A stretch of DNA of 64,000 bases, from positions 160,001 through 224,000 of the forward strand of contig OY969763.1 of assembly GCA_963702845.1 (NCBI GenBank). The letters are read 5' to 3'. A program made the position numbers and the translations under genes. The stretch comes from an uncultured Verrucomicrobiae bacterium (GTDB lineage: Bacteria; Verrucomicrobiota; Verrucomicrobiia; Limisphaerales; Palsa-1400). The notes below the pieces were generated by a model, which was given only the letters and a program-made list of their open reading frames with translations, had not been told where the DNA came from and did no database searches. Positions 19,935 through 27,763 of the stretch are shown in pieces (position 1 is the first letter of the stretch; each line of letters begins with the position of its first letter).

Positions 19935-20060
19935 CTCTAACGATCAAGCTCAGCCACAGCCGGGAAACTGCAGCAACGACTGCAGGTCTGACAATCTAAT
20001 TTCATATCCCGATCCAAAACAAGGTGGCCTACGGCTGGTGGCTGAAGCGCCTTGTTAAGC
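19935..20060 (-). other. attC site
   Basis: Minus strand GCTTAAC-aaggcgCTTCAGCCACCAGCCG...CGGCTGTGGCTGAG-cttgatc-GTTAGAG. Confidence 0.9.
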
Positions 20061-20408
20061 GCTTCGCCTCTTTGTCCTGCGCCGCCCAACGCCGCGTGAC
20101 CCCCCTAATGCCGGGGCAATCTGTTTGTACGCGTATACTATGAGGCCGCCAATGATAAAAGGACTTACCCCCTCAACTGCCAACTTTACGTGTGCTTGGG
20201 AAAGGGAGCCTCGCTCCTTTTCGTAAACCTCCTTCCACTTGTCTCTGTATTCCTTGTGATACCTGGTCTCGGTAGCAATTTCTTGAAATGCAACGGAGTA
20301 AAGTCCGGCGGTCACAAGCAGAGGTACGACCGCCAGACATATCAAGGTAAGGAATCCTAAGAAAGCTCCATAAACGCCAGAGCGCCCAAAGAAAAAAATG
20401 AGAATCAT
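20055..20408 (-). CDS. Cassette membrane protein, hypothetical
   Basis: TM segments; stop overlaps the attC; start uncertain (ATG at 20408 chosen). Confidence 0.65.
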   Translation of the reverse strand: MILIFFFGRSGVYGAFLGFLTLICLAVVPLLVTAGLYSVAFQEIATETRYHKEYRDKWKEVYEKERGSLSQAHVKLAVEGVSPFIIGGLIVYAYKQIAPALGGSRGVGRRRTKRRSA

Positions 20409-20485
20409 GCAATGCTCCAAACGCGATGCGAAAGTCCTCGCCGCCTCTCCGCATAAATGAACGATTGCGCATTCACAGTGATGGC

Positions 20486-20701
20486 GCCCAACTATGATTA
20501 TGCGACGGGGTGTCGCGGTCATTTTGATATACGAACGGTTGGTTCATATTGGTTGAGGAGATTATTGTTATGCTGGCGCTGCGAAGCAAGCGCAACACAA
20601 CGCGCTCGCGAGCACGGCGACGACATGCTGGAGATTCGCGATTGGAAATGGAGTGCGTAGCGCGGGCATCACCGAGAACAGCGTGCAGGTGACGATTATT
20701 T
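20486..20701. repeat. Repeated module copy 4, with a tail shared with 22889-22929
   Basis: Core GTTGGGC; plus frame REHGDDMLEIRDWKWSA* at 20607-20660. Confidence 0.9.
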
Positions 20702-21064
20702 AAGGGGTGGCTGATCGTTCGGAGAAGCCTCCGATTTGACTGCTTCAGCAGCAACGGAACTGTGTGCATTCAGAACAGGACGGACCAGAAGAACAATGCC
20801 GATGCACCAAGAGATGAGGTCGGCGAAGTACATCAAACGCCGAAACGTCCGGGTGACGATATAGTTTGGATCGCCCATCGGTTGCAGGCTAACGGTGTGG
20901 TCGTAAACCGTATCGATGATACCGAGCACGCACGCAATGGCGATGAAGATGAAAGCTTTATTCCGAGTCCGCTTGAACGCTGGATAAACGTGACATAACA
21001 CGATTGCATCGACAGCGATTGTTAGCACAAGGCTGAGGTGCGACAGGAATCTGAGCCAGATCAT
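20696..21064 (-). CDS. Cassette-like membrane protein, hypothetical
   Basis: Three TM segments; same strand as the rest of the array. Confidence 0.7.
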   Translation of the reverse strand: MIWLRFLSHLSLVLTIAVDAIVLCHVYPAFKRTRNKAFIFIAIACVLGIIDTVYDHTVSLQPMGDPNYIVTRTFRRLMYFADLISWCIGIVLLVRPVLNAHSSVAAEAVKSEASPNDQPPLK

Positions 21065-21144
21065 ATAGTGGTTAGGAGACTATTGTTCTGCTGCCGCTGC
21101 GAATCAAGCGCAACACAACGCGCTTGACCTTGGGCCTTGGGCAC
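21062..21144. repeat. Partial module copy 5 (middle part only)
   Basis: GGAGACTATTGTTCTGCTGCCGCTGCGAATCAAGCGCAAC...CTTGACCTTGGGCCTT matches copy 2; the attI-like end is missing. Confidence 0.85.
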
Positions 21145-21258
21145 AAACGCGGCGTTCCCATGACGCTGTTTGAGTCCCAGTGTTATCATGGGCCGGGAAT
21201 CGGTATCCATGGCCTGGTTTTTTGCAAGGCGGTCGCGCCGGTCGGGTTTTGCGCGCGT

Positions 21259-21370
21259 ATCGTTGAGCCCTCCGCTTTGTCCGTTGTTCCCAACGCTCGC
21301 TCCGTTATCTCCAACGCCGGCTCCGTTGGGTTCAACGCCCACTCCGTTAGCCCCAACGATGCCACCGTTG
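21259..21370. repeat. Degenerate 21-bp tandem repeat, 5-6 units
   Basis: Units TCCGTT-N5-CAACG-N5 at 21280, 21301, 21322 and 21343, with degenerate units at 21259 and 21364. Confidence 0.85.
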
Positions 21371-21373
21371 ACT

Positions 21374-21411
21374 ACTGATAGGAAATTGCTTTTTGACGCT
21401 GGCGCGGTTAA
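21374..21411 (+). repeat. Perfect 38-bp direct repeat (partner 22816-22853)
   Basis: ACTGATAGGAAATTGCTTTTTGACGCTGGCGCGGTTAA at both positions. Confidence 0.95.
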
Positions 21412-21438
21412 GTCTGCCCCTGCTAATCATTTTGTTTT

Positions 21439-22281
21439 CTACTCATCTTGATCATTGATGTACCAATAAAGAAGGAGGTTCGTGACTTCGTTTGCCTTCA
21501 CGCCTGAGTTCTTCTTCCTGATTTCTGAAAATAGCGCGATAAACTTGGCATTGGTGAAAAGAAGCTCGGCCGTGCCGGCCTGAGGTACAACCAGCAAACG
21601 ACCATCAAAGCCTTCGTCCGTTGTCGCGCCGACGGGATGAGCAATCAGCCGCCGATCTTTACCCGCTGATGTTGTCCAATCAGCCGGATGAACAACCCGT
21701 CTCCCGTCTTTTCCCTCGTCCCATATCCAGCCAGGAGGGCAAGCCACACGCCTGCCGTCGCCCCCCTCCTCCCACGACCAACTGTTCGGTCGGATAATTC
21801 GCCTGCTGTCAAATCCGTCCTCCCAGGTCCAACTGACGGGCCGAACGACTCGGCGACCATCTTCTCCCTCGTCCCATGTCCAACTCGCAGGACGAACCAC
21901 ACGCCCATCCAGTCCCTGCTCATAGTCCCAGCTTTTGGGCCGCACCACGACCCTGCCGCCTGGCCCCAGTTCCCAGGTCCAGTCCGCTGGGCACGCGACC
22001 AACCGGCTGTCGAGCCCCTGCTTTAAGTGCCAATTCGTCGGGTAAGCAATCATCCTCAAATCTCCCCCTTGTCCGTTTGTCCATCCTGCCGGCAGTAGAA
22101 CCTTTCGGCCATCCCTGCCTTCGATAACGCCCGGAGCCTTCGCAAACCGGATGCGGACAATTAAACTGGTTGGATCGGAATCGTTCGCAGATTGTGCGTA
22201 AAGAGAGACCGAGGTGAAACAGACCGCGATGAGGACGCGACTGCAATATCTGGCGATACGGCCAATGAGTGTGGGTTTCAT
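21439..22281 (-). CDS. Secreted protein with about ten 17-aa tandem repeats
   Basis: Signal peptide; repeat consensus PxxWxWxEGxDGRxVxx; likely ATG start at 22281. Confidence 0.8.
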   Translation of the reverse strand: MKPTLIGRIARYCSRVLIAVCFTSVSLYAQSANDSDPTSLIVRIRFAKAPGVIEGRDGRKVLLPAGWTNGQGGDLRMIAYPTNWHLKQGLDSRLVACPADWTWELGPGGRVVVRPKSWDYEQGLDGRVVRPASWTWDEGEDGRRVVRPVSWTWEDGFDSRRIIRPNSWSWEEGGDGRRVACPPGWIWDEGKDGRRVVHPADWTTSAGKDRRLIAHPVGATTDEGFDGRLLVVPQAGTAELLFTNAKFIALFSEIRKKNSGVKANEVTNLLLYWYINDQDE

Positions 22282-22455
22282 TTGACTAGTATTTGAATAT
22301 CTGACGAGTGCGGGGCGGGGAAACTTCAAAACTTGTCGGTAGATGACAAACAGTCGCCGCGGCCGATCGCGTGATGAGCTTTAGTTGTTTCCGCGCGCTC
22401 GCCACCCGTAATCCCGACATAAATGTGAACGGGAACCACGGACTCGCACAGACGA

Positions 22456-22512
22456 ACACGGACTTACACGGACTTACACGGACTTACACGGACTTACACG
22501 GACTTACACGGA
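22456..22512. repeat. Perfect 10-bp tandem repeat (ACACGGACTT)x5 plus a partial unit
   Basis: Read directly from the sequence. Confidence 0.95.
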
Positions 22513-22692
22513 GCCGAACGTCGGCATCCAATCGGGCTACCTTCATTCTGTATCTCGGGACGGTGGGCCGCGACGATTTCTGTCAGGAACTGATAAAATT
22601 CAAAAGCCTGAAGTATCCATAACGCTCCGGGCTTTATGTGCGATGGTAAAAAAGTTCTTTTGCCGATTGGGACTGGTGAGAGGTTTGGTTGA

Positions 22693-22815
22693 GTGAGCGC
22701 TGAATCGCATAAGTATAGGCTGAACGCCGTTCTGGCCGCCACTATCCTCGGGTCGAGCATGGTGTTTATCGACTCGACGGTCGTGAATGTCATCCTGCCG
22801 CGGCTTCAATCGGAA
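22693..22815 (+). pseudogene. 5' fragment of a DHA2-type MFS transporter, cut off at the 38-bp repeat
   Basis: 'LAATILGSSMVFIDSTVVNVILPRLQ' is a typical first TM helix of EmrB/QacA-type MFS proteins. Confidence 0.75.
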
Positions 22816-22852
22816 ACTGATAGGAAATTGCTTTTTGACGCTGGCGCGGTTA

Positions 22853-22929
22853 ATGCCGGAGATCCGCGATTGGAAGTGGAGTTCGTAGCGCGGACATCAT
22901 CGAGAACAGCGTGCAGGTGACGATTATTT
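22853..22929. repeat. Partial module copy 6 (phosphoketolase-like 3' end plus tail)
   Basis: Plus frame MPEIRDWKWSS* at 22853-22888; the tail matches 20661-20701. Confidence 0.88.
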
Positions 22930-22990
22930 GAGCGGTGAACGCGATCTACGAACCACCACATCTCCGGTGAAATGTTAGGGTCCGACGAAT

Positions 22991-23445
22991 CTATCGCTGA
23001 TACCAGTGGTGCTTCCTGATGTTTATCACAACCAATTTTCCATTTTCCCTCATCACAGCAATATCAAATGAAAATGTCTTCTTGCCCTTTGCTGTGCCTG
23101 TAAACACCAAGCCCACATTGTTCCGGTCGTCCCTATTTGCCCTGCCGTGGGTGTTCCAAGTGACAACGGTCCCCTTAAACTCGGTGACCACTTGGTCGGC
23201 ATACAAGGAACGCATGGAATCAGTCTGCGTTGCATAGCTAAGTGTGCTAGAATATCTAACATCTTATCAACTTCCCCAGCCTGTGCGTAGCGAACGAACT
23301 CAGTGGCCTTGGCTCGGTAGACCGGCTCCTCACCATAAACAGCGGCCATGCTGAATCTCGCTAGGTCGCGCGGACCACTCACGCAGCCTTGAAACGACAA
23401 CGCAACAACAAGAAACACCGGAAATAATTTTGTGTGTGACTGCAT
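22991..23445 (-). CDS. Cassette lipoprotein, hypothetical; apparent frameshift near 23250
   Basis: Lipobox 'FQGC'; two overlapping ORFs; bounded by GTTAGGA (23451-23457) and CCCTAAC (22974-22980). Confidence 0.65.
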
Positions 23446-23450
23446 AATGG

Positions 23451-23515
23451 TCCTAACAACTAATTCGCGCCAATAGTTCGCACATTTTTAATCCGCGAAC
23501 AAGGGTTTGTAGGTT
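23451..23515 (-). other. attI-like site, second subtype
   Basis: Minus strand CGCGAAT-TAGTT-GTTAGGA directly before a cassette; no attC-type hairpin; homologous to 18994-19058. Confidence 0.7.
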
Positions 23516-23550
23516 CAAGGTTCGAAGTTCCGACGCTTCGGGTGGATTAC

Positions 23551-23600
23551 GCAGCGCAGATGACAGGCGCGCAACTGACTTTCTTATGTAATCAGCGTTG
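23551..23600 (+). repeat. ~50 bp direct repeat, right copy
   Basis: Matches 15112-15160. Confidence 0.9.
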
Positions 23601-23686
23601 CGAAGGCCACTTTCTGATGGAACTGTACGAAGGGCTTCCCTTGGAAAGACTGCGCAAAATCCTAGGTCACACGGAGGATCATTACC

Positions 23687-23992
23687 ATGAATAACAGTGC
23701 ATACTTAGCGGTTCGCCGATATGATGGCGTCACAGATTCTAAAGAGGCGACTCGCCGGATACAGGAAGGATTCATACCGTTGATTAGTAAAATCCCAGGA
23801 TTCATCTCTTACTACTGGGTGGACGAAGGAGACGGTGTGATGGTTTCGGTAAGCGTTTTTACGACTAGAGAAGGAGAGGGAGAATCTAATCGCCTGGCTG
23901 CGGATTTCGTAAAACAACACATCGCTCCCTTGCTCCCGAAGCCTCCCCGGATCACTGCCGGTCAAGTCGTTGCGAGTGCGGCAAAGAAATAG
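23687..23992 (+). CDS. Small ABM-like (dimeric alpha/beta barrel) protein
   Basis: GGAGG RBS; 'FIPLISKIPGFISYYWV...SVSVF'. Confidence 0.7.
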   Translation: MNNSAYLAVRRYDGVTDSKEATRRIQEGFIPLISKIPGFISYYWVDEGDGVMVSVSVFTTREGEGESNRLAADFVKQHIAPLLPKPPRITAGQVVASAAKK

Positions 23993-24276
23993 GTAGTGCT
24001 GGTGGTGCGCCGGTGTGAGAGCCGGCTGCCAGCCACAATTTCTAGAGTGCCGAGCAAAAGTGAGGCTGCTAATGCGCCCACCCAAATCAGGCGCCAGACG
24101 CGGGTATATCTCCAGGCCAGCACCAAACCTGCAACCGCCACAACGAACATCAACCCACAAATCGGCAAGTCTGCTGGTGGAACACTCAGCGAGCCCACGA
24201 CGAGCAGGCATGGCACAAGGTAGCACGCCAACAGAACCGGCAGAAGAAATTGTGTGTAGGAAGGTGGCTTTTTCAT
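23962..24276 (-). CDS. Cassette membrane protein, hypothetical
   Basis: Three TM segments; preceded by a half attC. Confidence 0.65.
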   Translation of the reverse strand: MKKPPSYTQFLLPVLLACYLVPCLLVVGSLSVPPADLPICGLMFVVAVAGLVLAWRYTRVWRLIWVGALAASLLLGTLEIVAGSRLSHRRTTSTTYFFAALATT

Positions 24277-24291
24277 ACGTTATGGAGCGTT

Positions 24292-24353
24292 GCCCAACGT
24301 TTCAGCTCAGCCACAGCCGACTCATGACGTGCACCGCGACAGCGGAACGGACA
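24292..24353 (-). other. Half attC (R' arm only)
   Basis: Closely resembles the corresponding half of the attC at 17851-17949; core GTTGGGC; no inverse core found. Confidence 0.75.
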
Positions 24354-24380
24354 ACCCATTTGGGAGTTTATTACACAACG

Positions 24381-24408
24381 TTGACACGCCGTAGCTTCCC
24401 CTTATAAT
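24381..24408 (+). promoter_or_regulatory. Consensus sigma70-type promoter
   Basis: TTGACA (24381-24386), 16-nt spacer, TATAAT (24403-24408). Confidence 0.75.
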
Positions 24409-24940
24409 CCCTTAAGCCGCCGGTCCTTGCCGGCGCTGGGGATCGTCAAAAATGTGCAACTTTCCCCGGTTCGTTCTTTGAAAACTGCACTAAAAGTGCG
24501 ACTTAATTCCCACCAAAAGTGCAAGAATGTGCGGGAATGTGGGGCAATGTGTGACAATGTGCGACTTTCCCGTGATGTTTTCTTCCGGAGTCAGCATTGC
24601 GAGGCCGACGTTCGGCCTTTGACAAAAGTAGAAGCATTTCCTTCTACAAAGTTTCTCCACTTGGCAACTAATTGCCGGAAGTAGTAGGAAGTTGCAACAT
24701 TTCGATGATATTTTTTGATTCGGCTGCTTAAGCCGCGGACTGATTGTAACGCCAAGACACGGCGCGGCCAAGCCGCAACCGAAGTCGAGGGGTCGAAGGT
24801 CGAAAGTCGAGAGCCAAAAGCGATCCGATAGCCCATTGGAAGAATTTTGCCAAAAATGCTCAACTTTTGCAGATAGCACTGTGAAAAGACGCAGAGACAG
24901 GTTTGGAAAAGGAATGCTGCGAGCAGGCGGCGCTAGATAT

Positions 24941-25726
24941 TTAAAACCACTTTAGGAGTTCGCGGGCGACGAGTTGGTGGCCGGATCGATTTGGGTGGTT
25001 TGATTGGGCCATTAGGTCGGCGAGTGGGGTGCCGGAATCGATTTTGGCACGGAAAGCTTCGAGGCTGTCAGCGAGGCCAACGCCGTATTCTTGAGCGAGG
25101 CGGCGGATTTGTTGGGCGTGTTGGTTTAAGGGATCGTTTGGGTCATTGAGCTGGGAGTTTTTGTCGGGGGTTGGGGTGAGGAGGATTACTTTTATTCCGT
25201 GAGCCTGAGCATCGGTGATCATTTTGCGCCACGCGGCTTCGGCGCGGGTCAAACCGATACCGCGGTCGTTGAGGGCGTAGTCGATGGTGATGAGGCCGGG
25301 GTGGAGGGCGAGGACGTCGTGGTCGAAGCGGGCGGCGCCGGTTTCGGAGTGTTCGCCACCGATGGCAGTGACGATGACGTTGATGACGGCGTGGGGGTAG
25401 CGGTCGGCCAAGGCGCGGTGGAGGAGGTTCGGATAGGCGTCGAAGGTCCGGACTTCGGGCGTTTTGAAGTAGCCGGCCGGGACGCTGTGACCGTGACAGA
25501 TGATGTTGATGGTGTGATTGGTGGGCCAGGATTTGGTTAGTTCGGTTTTGAGCGGTGCTAAATAGGTGTCATGCGCTGAGGTTCGAGGGAGCGAGTCGGG
25601 GCCAAGGCGCGGGTGCGATGAGTGGTCGACAGTCCGACAACCGTTCGCGAACAGGAACAGCCCGAGAATCCAAAACTGGCGTGAGATAGCGTTCAAGTGC
25701 GTTGATTTAATCACGGCCCAGTCCAT
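24941..25726 (-). CDS. SGNH/GDSL hydrolase family lipoprotein
   Basis: 'GHSV' (block I variant), 'GGEHS', 'ALND' and 'NHPN..GH'; lipobox-like 'ANGC'. Confidence 0.85.
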   Translation of the reverse strand: MDWAVIKSTHLNAISRQFWILGLFLFANGCRTVDHSSHPRLGPDSLPRTSAHDTYLAPLKTELTKSWPTNHTINIICHGHSVPAGYFKTPEVRTFDAYPNLLHRALADRYPHAVINVIVTAIGGEHSETGAARFDHDVLALHPGLITIDYALNDRGIGLTRAEAAWRKMITDAQAHGIKVILLTPTPDKNSQLNDPNDPLNQHAQQIRRLAQEYGVGLADSLEAFRAKIDSGTPLADLMAQSNHPNRSGHQLVARELLKWF

Positions 25727-25814
25727 TGTCTACACGGGAGCCGCCGTCGGCAGCCGATAAAATCAGGGCGCAACTGAATTGACCCTGCGGTGTTAAATCG
25801 CATATCATCGTAAT

Positions 25815-26534
25815 ATGCGAATTTCGTCCAAAGGTCGTGTCGGCATTGGGATCGTCGGTCTCCTGGCTGTTGCGGGTCTGGTAGTCTGGTGGGCCCTGCA
25901 ACAAGGTAGATTGCCAACGCTGCCGACGGCGATTACGCAAACATCCAATCCGGGAGCAAATCCTGGGGCCGGTCACGGCACCAACGGCTCAGAAACGCAA
26001 GCGAGCACCAGCGGCACTGCTCAAGATGCACCCGAAGTGGCGGTGGAAGTCGAAACACCGGAAGTTCCTGTGCCGAAAACATGGGAAGATCATCTGGATG
26101 ACATTCTCTTGAGCGACGATAACGAGAATACCAAGGCGGACCAAATTCTGGCCCTGATGCAAACTACGCTACCGGAAAATCAGGAGGAGTTGGCCCAGCA
26201 CCTGGTGAACATGGTGCAGGACGATCATTACGAGGGCACTTCGAATTTGTTGATGAACCTGAACACGCAGACGAATGTCGCGGAGGTTTTGTTGAACGAT
26301 CTTCTGAATCGCAACAACACGCTCAAACTGAACACGCTTCTGCAAATTGTGAAAGTTCCCGAGCATCCGTTGCATGAAAATGCGCGCGAGATGCTGGAGT
26401 TGTTCGTGCAGGAGGATCACGGAAAGAATTACGACGAGTGGGAAAAAGCGGTGGCAGATTGGTTGAAGGAGAATGAGCCGGAACCGCAAGCGCAGGCCCA
26501 GGCGACTGCTCCAGATGCGCCAGCGCCGCAGTAA
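25815..26534 (+). CDS. Membrane-anchored helical hypothetical protein
   Basis: N-terminal TM segment, low-complexity linker, acidic helical domain. Confidence 0.7.
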   Translation: MRISSKGRVGIGIVGLLAVAGLVVWWALQQGRLPTLPTAITQTSNPGANPGAGHGTNGSETQASTSGTAQDAPEVAVEVETPEVPVPKTWEDHLDDILLSDDNENTKADQILALMQTTLPENQEELAQHLVNMVQDDHYEGTSNLLMNLNTQTNVAEVLLNDLLNRNNTLKLNTLLQIVKVPEHPLHENAREMLELFVQEDHGKNYDEWEKAVADWLKENEPEPQAQAQATAPDAPAPQ

Positions 26535-26537
26535 GGA

Positions 26538-27568
26538 AAATGGCGGAAGGGGTGGTTTCTGAACCCTTTTTGCCAGCTTTTGATCAGGGCTGTAAGGTAT
26601 GATTCGCACCCCTTTGCCCGTTCGCATTCGCTCCAGTGAGTTTGTTACCGGGCATCGCCATAGGGGTGCGTGACCGTAAATGAGCCCATATTCTTCGCGC
26701 CGGCGATGGTGGATAGAGACCATGTGCCGCTCAGCGAACCGTTGGTCCGCGATGACGTGAGTTCTACATTATTGTCAGCGTCGTTGGGATTCAGGTTGAT
26801 AGACAGACCCCTTTCATTCACAAAGCCGCGGAATGTTCCACTCTGAATTGAGTTTGTCGGGAACGATGCCTTCGCCGAGATCAGCTGCCAGCGGCCTACA
26901 AATGCCTGGCCATGCGCCGGCAACGGATCTGGAAGTTGCAGTTTGCCAGTGGCAACGATCTTTCCCGTGTGGTCACGAAACTCCAGTTTACCGCCTGCGT
27001 TTGTTGCCCCGCGAGGATCGCTTCTTCCGTGGCTGCTGCGTGGCAAGGCATTGGTGCGTATTTCGTCCCACAGCGCAGGGCTGTAGGGTCGCACGTCTTT
27101 TACTGGAGCGTCCTCACTTGGGTAAGAGAGAGCAAAGGATTCCTGGCCCAGTTGATTGGTTCCCGTCCCTTCGAGAAAGGTGATGTAATCCTTGCCGGTC
27201 TCGAACGCCGGGTCCGAGTGTAACCTGGTGCTGAAGTAAACGCAGATTCTCCCCCTTCTCGAGGGCCCTTTTAGCGTCTCCTTCACGACGCAGGTTGCCG
27301 AACATCGAAATGTTAAACCAGCGGTCATAATGGCACTACGCTCGACGCCGGTAACCTGGACATGGGCAACCAGGTCGGCTTGCCGAACGAGGGAAGCCAA
27401 GGAGTTTGTTTCAGCGGCATCGATGGCGAGCGGGCTGCCGAGCAAAGTGAGGCACAAGGCGAGGGATTGATGTTTCATGGTTCCATTTGTAAATCCACGG
27501 CTTACTACGGTAAACTTGCCCTCCTGAAACAACCGGCTTGTATGGCAAACAAATGGCGGAAGGGGTGG
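26538..27568. mobile_element. ~1 kb islet at the tRNA-Ser 3' end
   Basis: AAATGGCGGAAGGGGTGG is duplicated at 26538-26555 and 27551-27568, with further partial similarity (GAACCC). Confidence 0.75.
26645..27478 (-). CDS. Secreted hypothetical protein (islet cargo)
   Basis: Signal peptide from ATG at 27478; the longer ORF-track start overlaps the tRNA. Confidence 0.75.
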   Translation of the reverse strand: MKHQSLALCLTLLGSPLAIDAAETNSLASLVRQADLVAHVQVTGVERSAIMTAGLTFRCSATCVVKETLKGPSRRGRICVYFSTRLHSDPAFETGKDYITFLEGTGTNQLGQESFALSYPSEDAPVKDVRPYSPALWDEIRTNALPRSSHGRSDPRGATNAGGKLEFRDHTGKIVATGKLQLPDPLPAHGQAFVGRWQLISAKASFPTNSIQSGTFRGFVNERGLSINLNPNDADNNVELTSSRTNGSLSGTWSLSTIAGAKNMGSFTVTHPYGDAR

Positions 27569-27643
27569 GATTCGAACCCACGGTAGGATTGCTCCTACTC
27601 CTGATTTCGAGTCAGGTGCCTTTAACCACTCAGCCACCCTTCC
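27554..27643 (-). tRNA. tRNA-Ser(CGA)
   Basis: GGAAGGG acceptor stem, anticodon loop CT-CGA-AA, long variable arm, GTTCGAATCC and an encoded CCA; 90 nt. Confidence 0.97.
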
Positions 27644-27763
27644 GCTCGATTAGTATCAACAACTTACGTTGTTGAGATTCTGCTCGGTTTGACTTTTTAC
27701 CACCGCGTTCGGATACTGCTCTCGTGATTTCGCCAAGAGCCTTCAAAAGCCGCCTCAAATGCA

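Larger units (their letters stand above)
15176..24353 (-). mobile_element. Integron gene-cassette array with no integrase in the window (CALIN-like), containing multiple attI-like sites
   Basis: About a dozen short co-oriented minus-strand ORFs separated by RYYYAAC...GTTRRRY imperfect palindromes; several stop codons overlap the AAC inverse core. Confidence 0.92.

Noticed and set aside
16993..20701. Repeated module as a CRISPR array
   Set aside because: The repeats are ~175-190 bp, separated by gene-sized cassettes of variable length, and there are no cas genes.
24473..24940. rRNA operon after the boxA-like motif
   Set aside because: No 16S, 23S or 5S sequence follows.
27479..27637. N-terminal 53 aa of ORF 26645..27637
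   Set aside because: It is largely a translation of the tRNA-Ser gene; the signal peptide starts at 27478.
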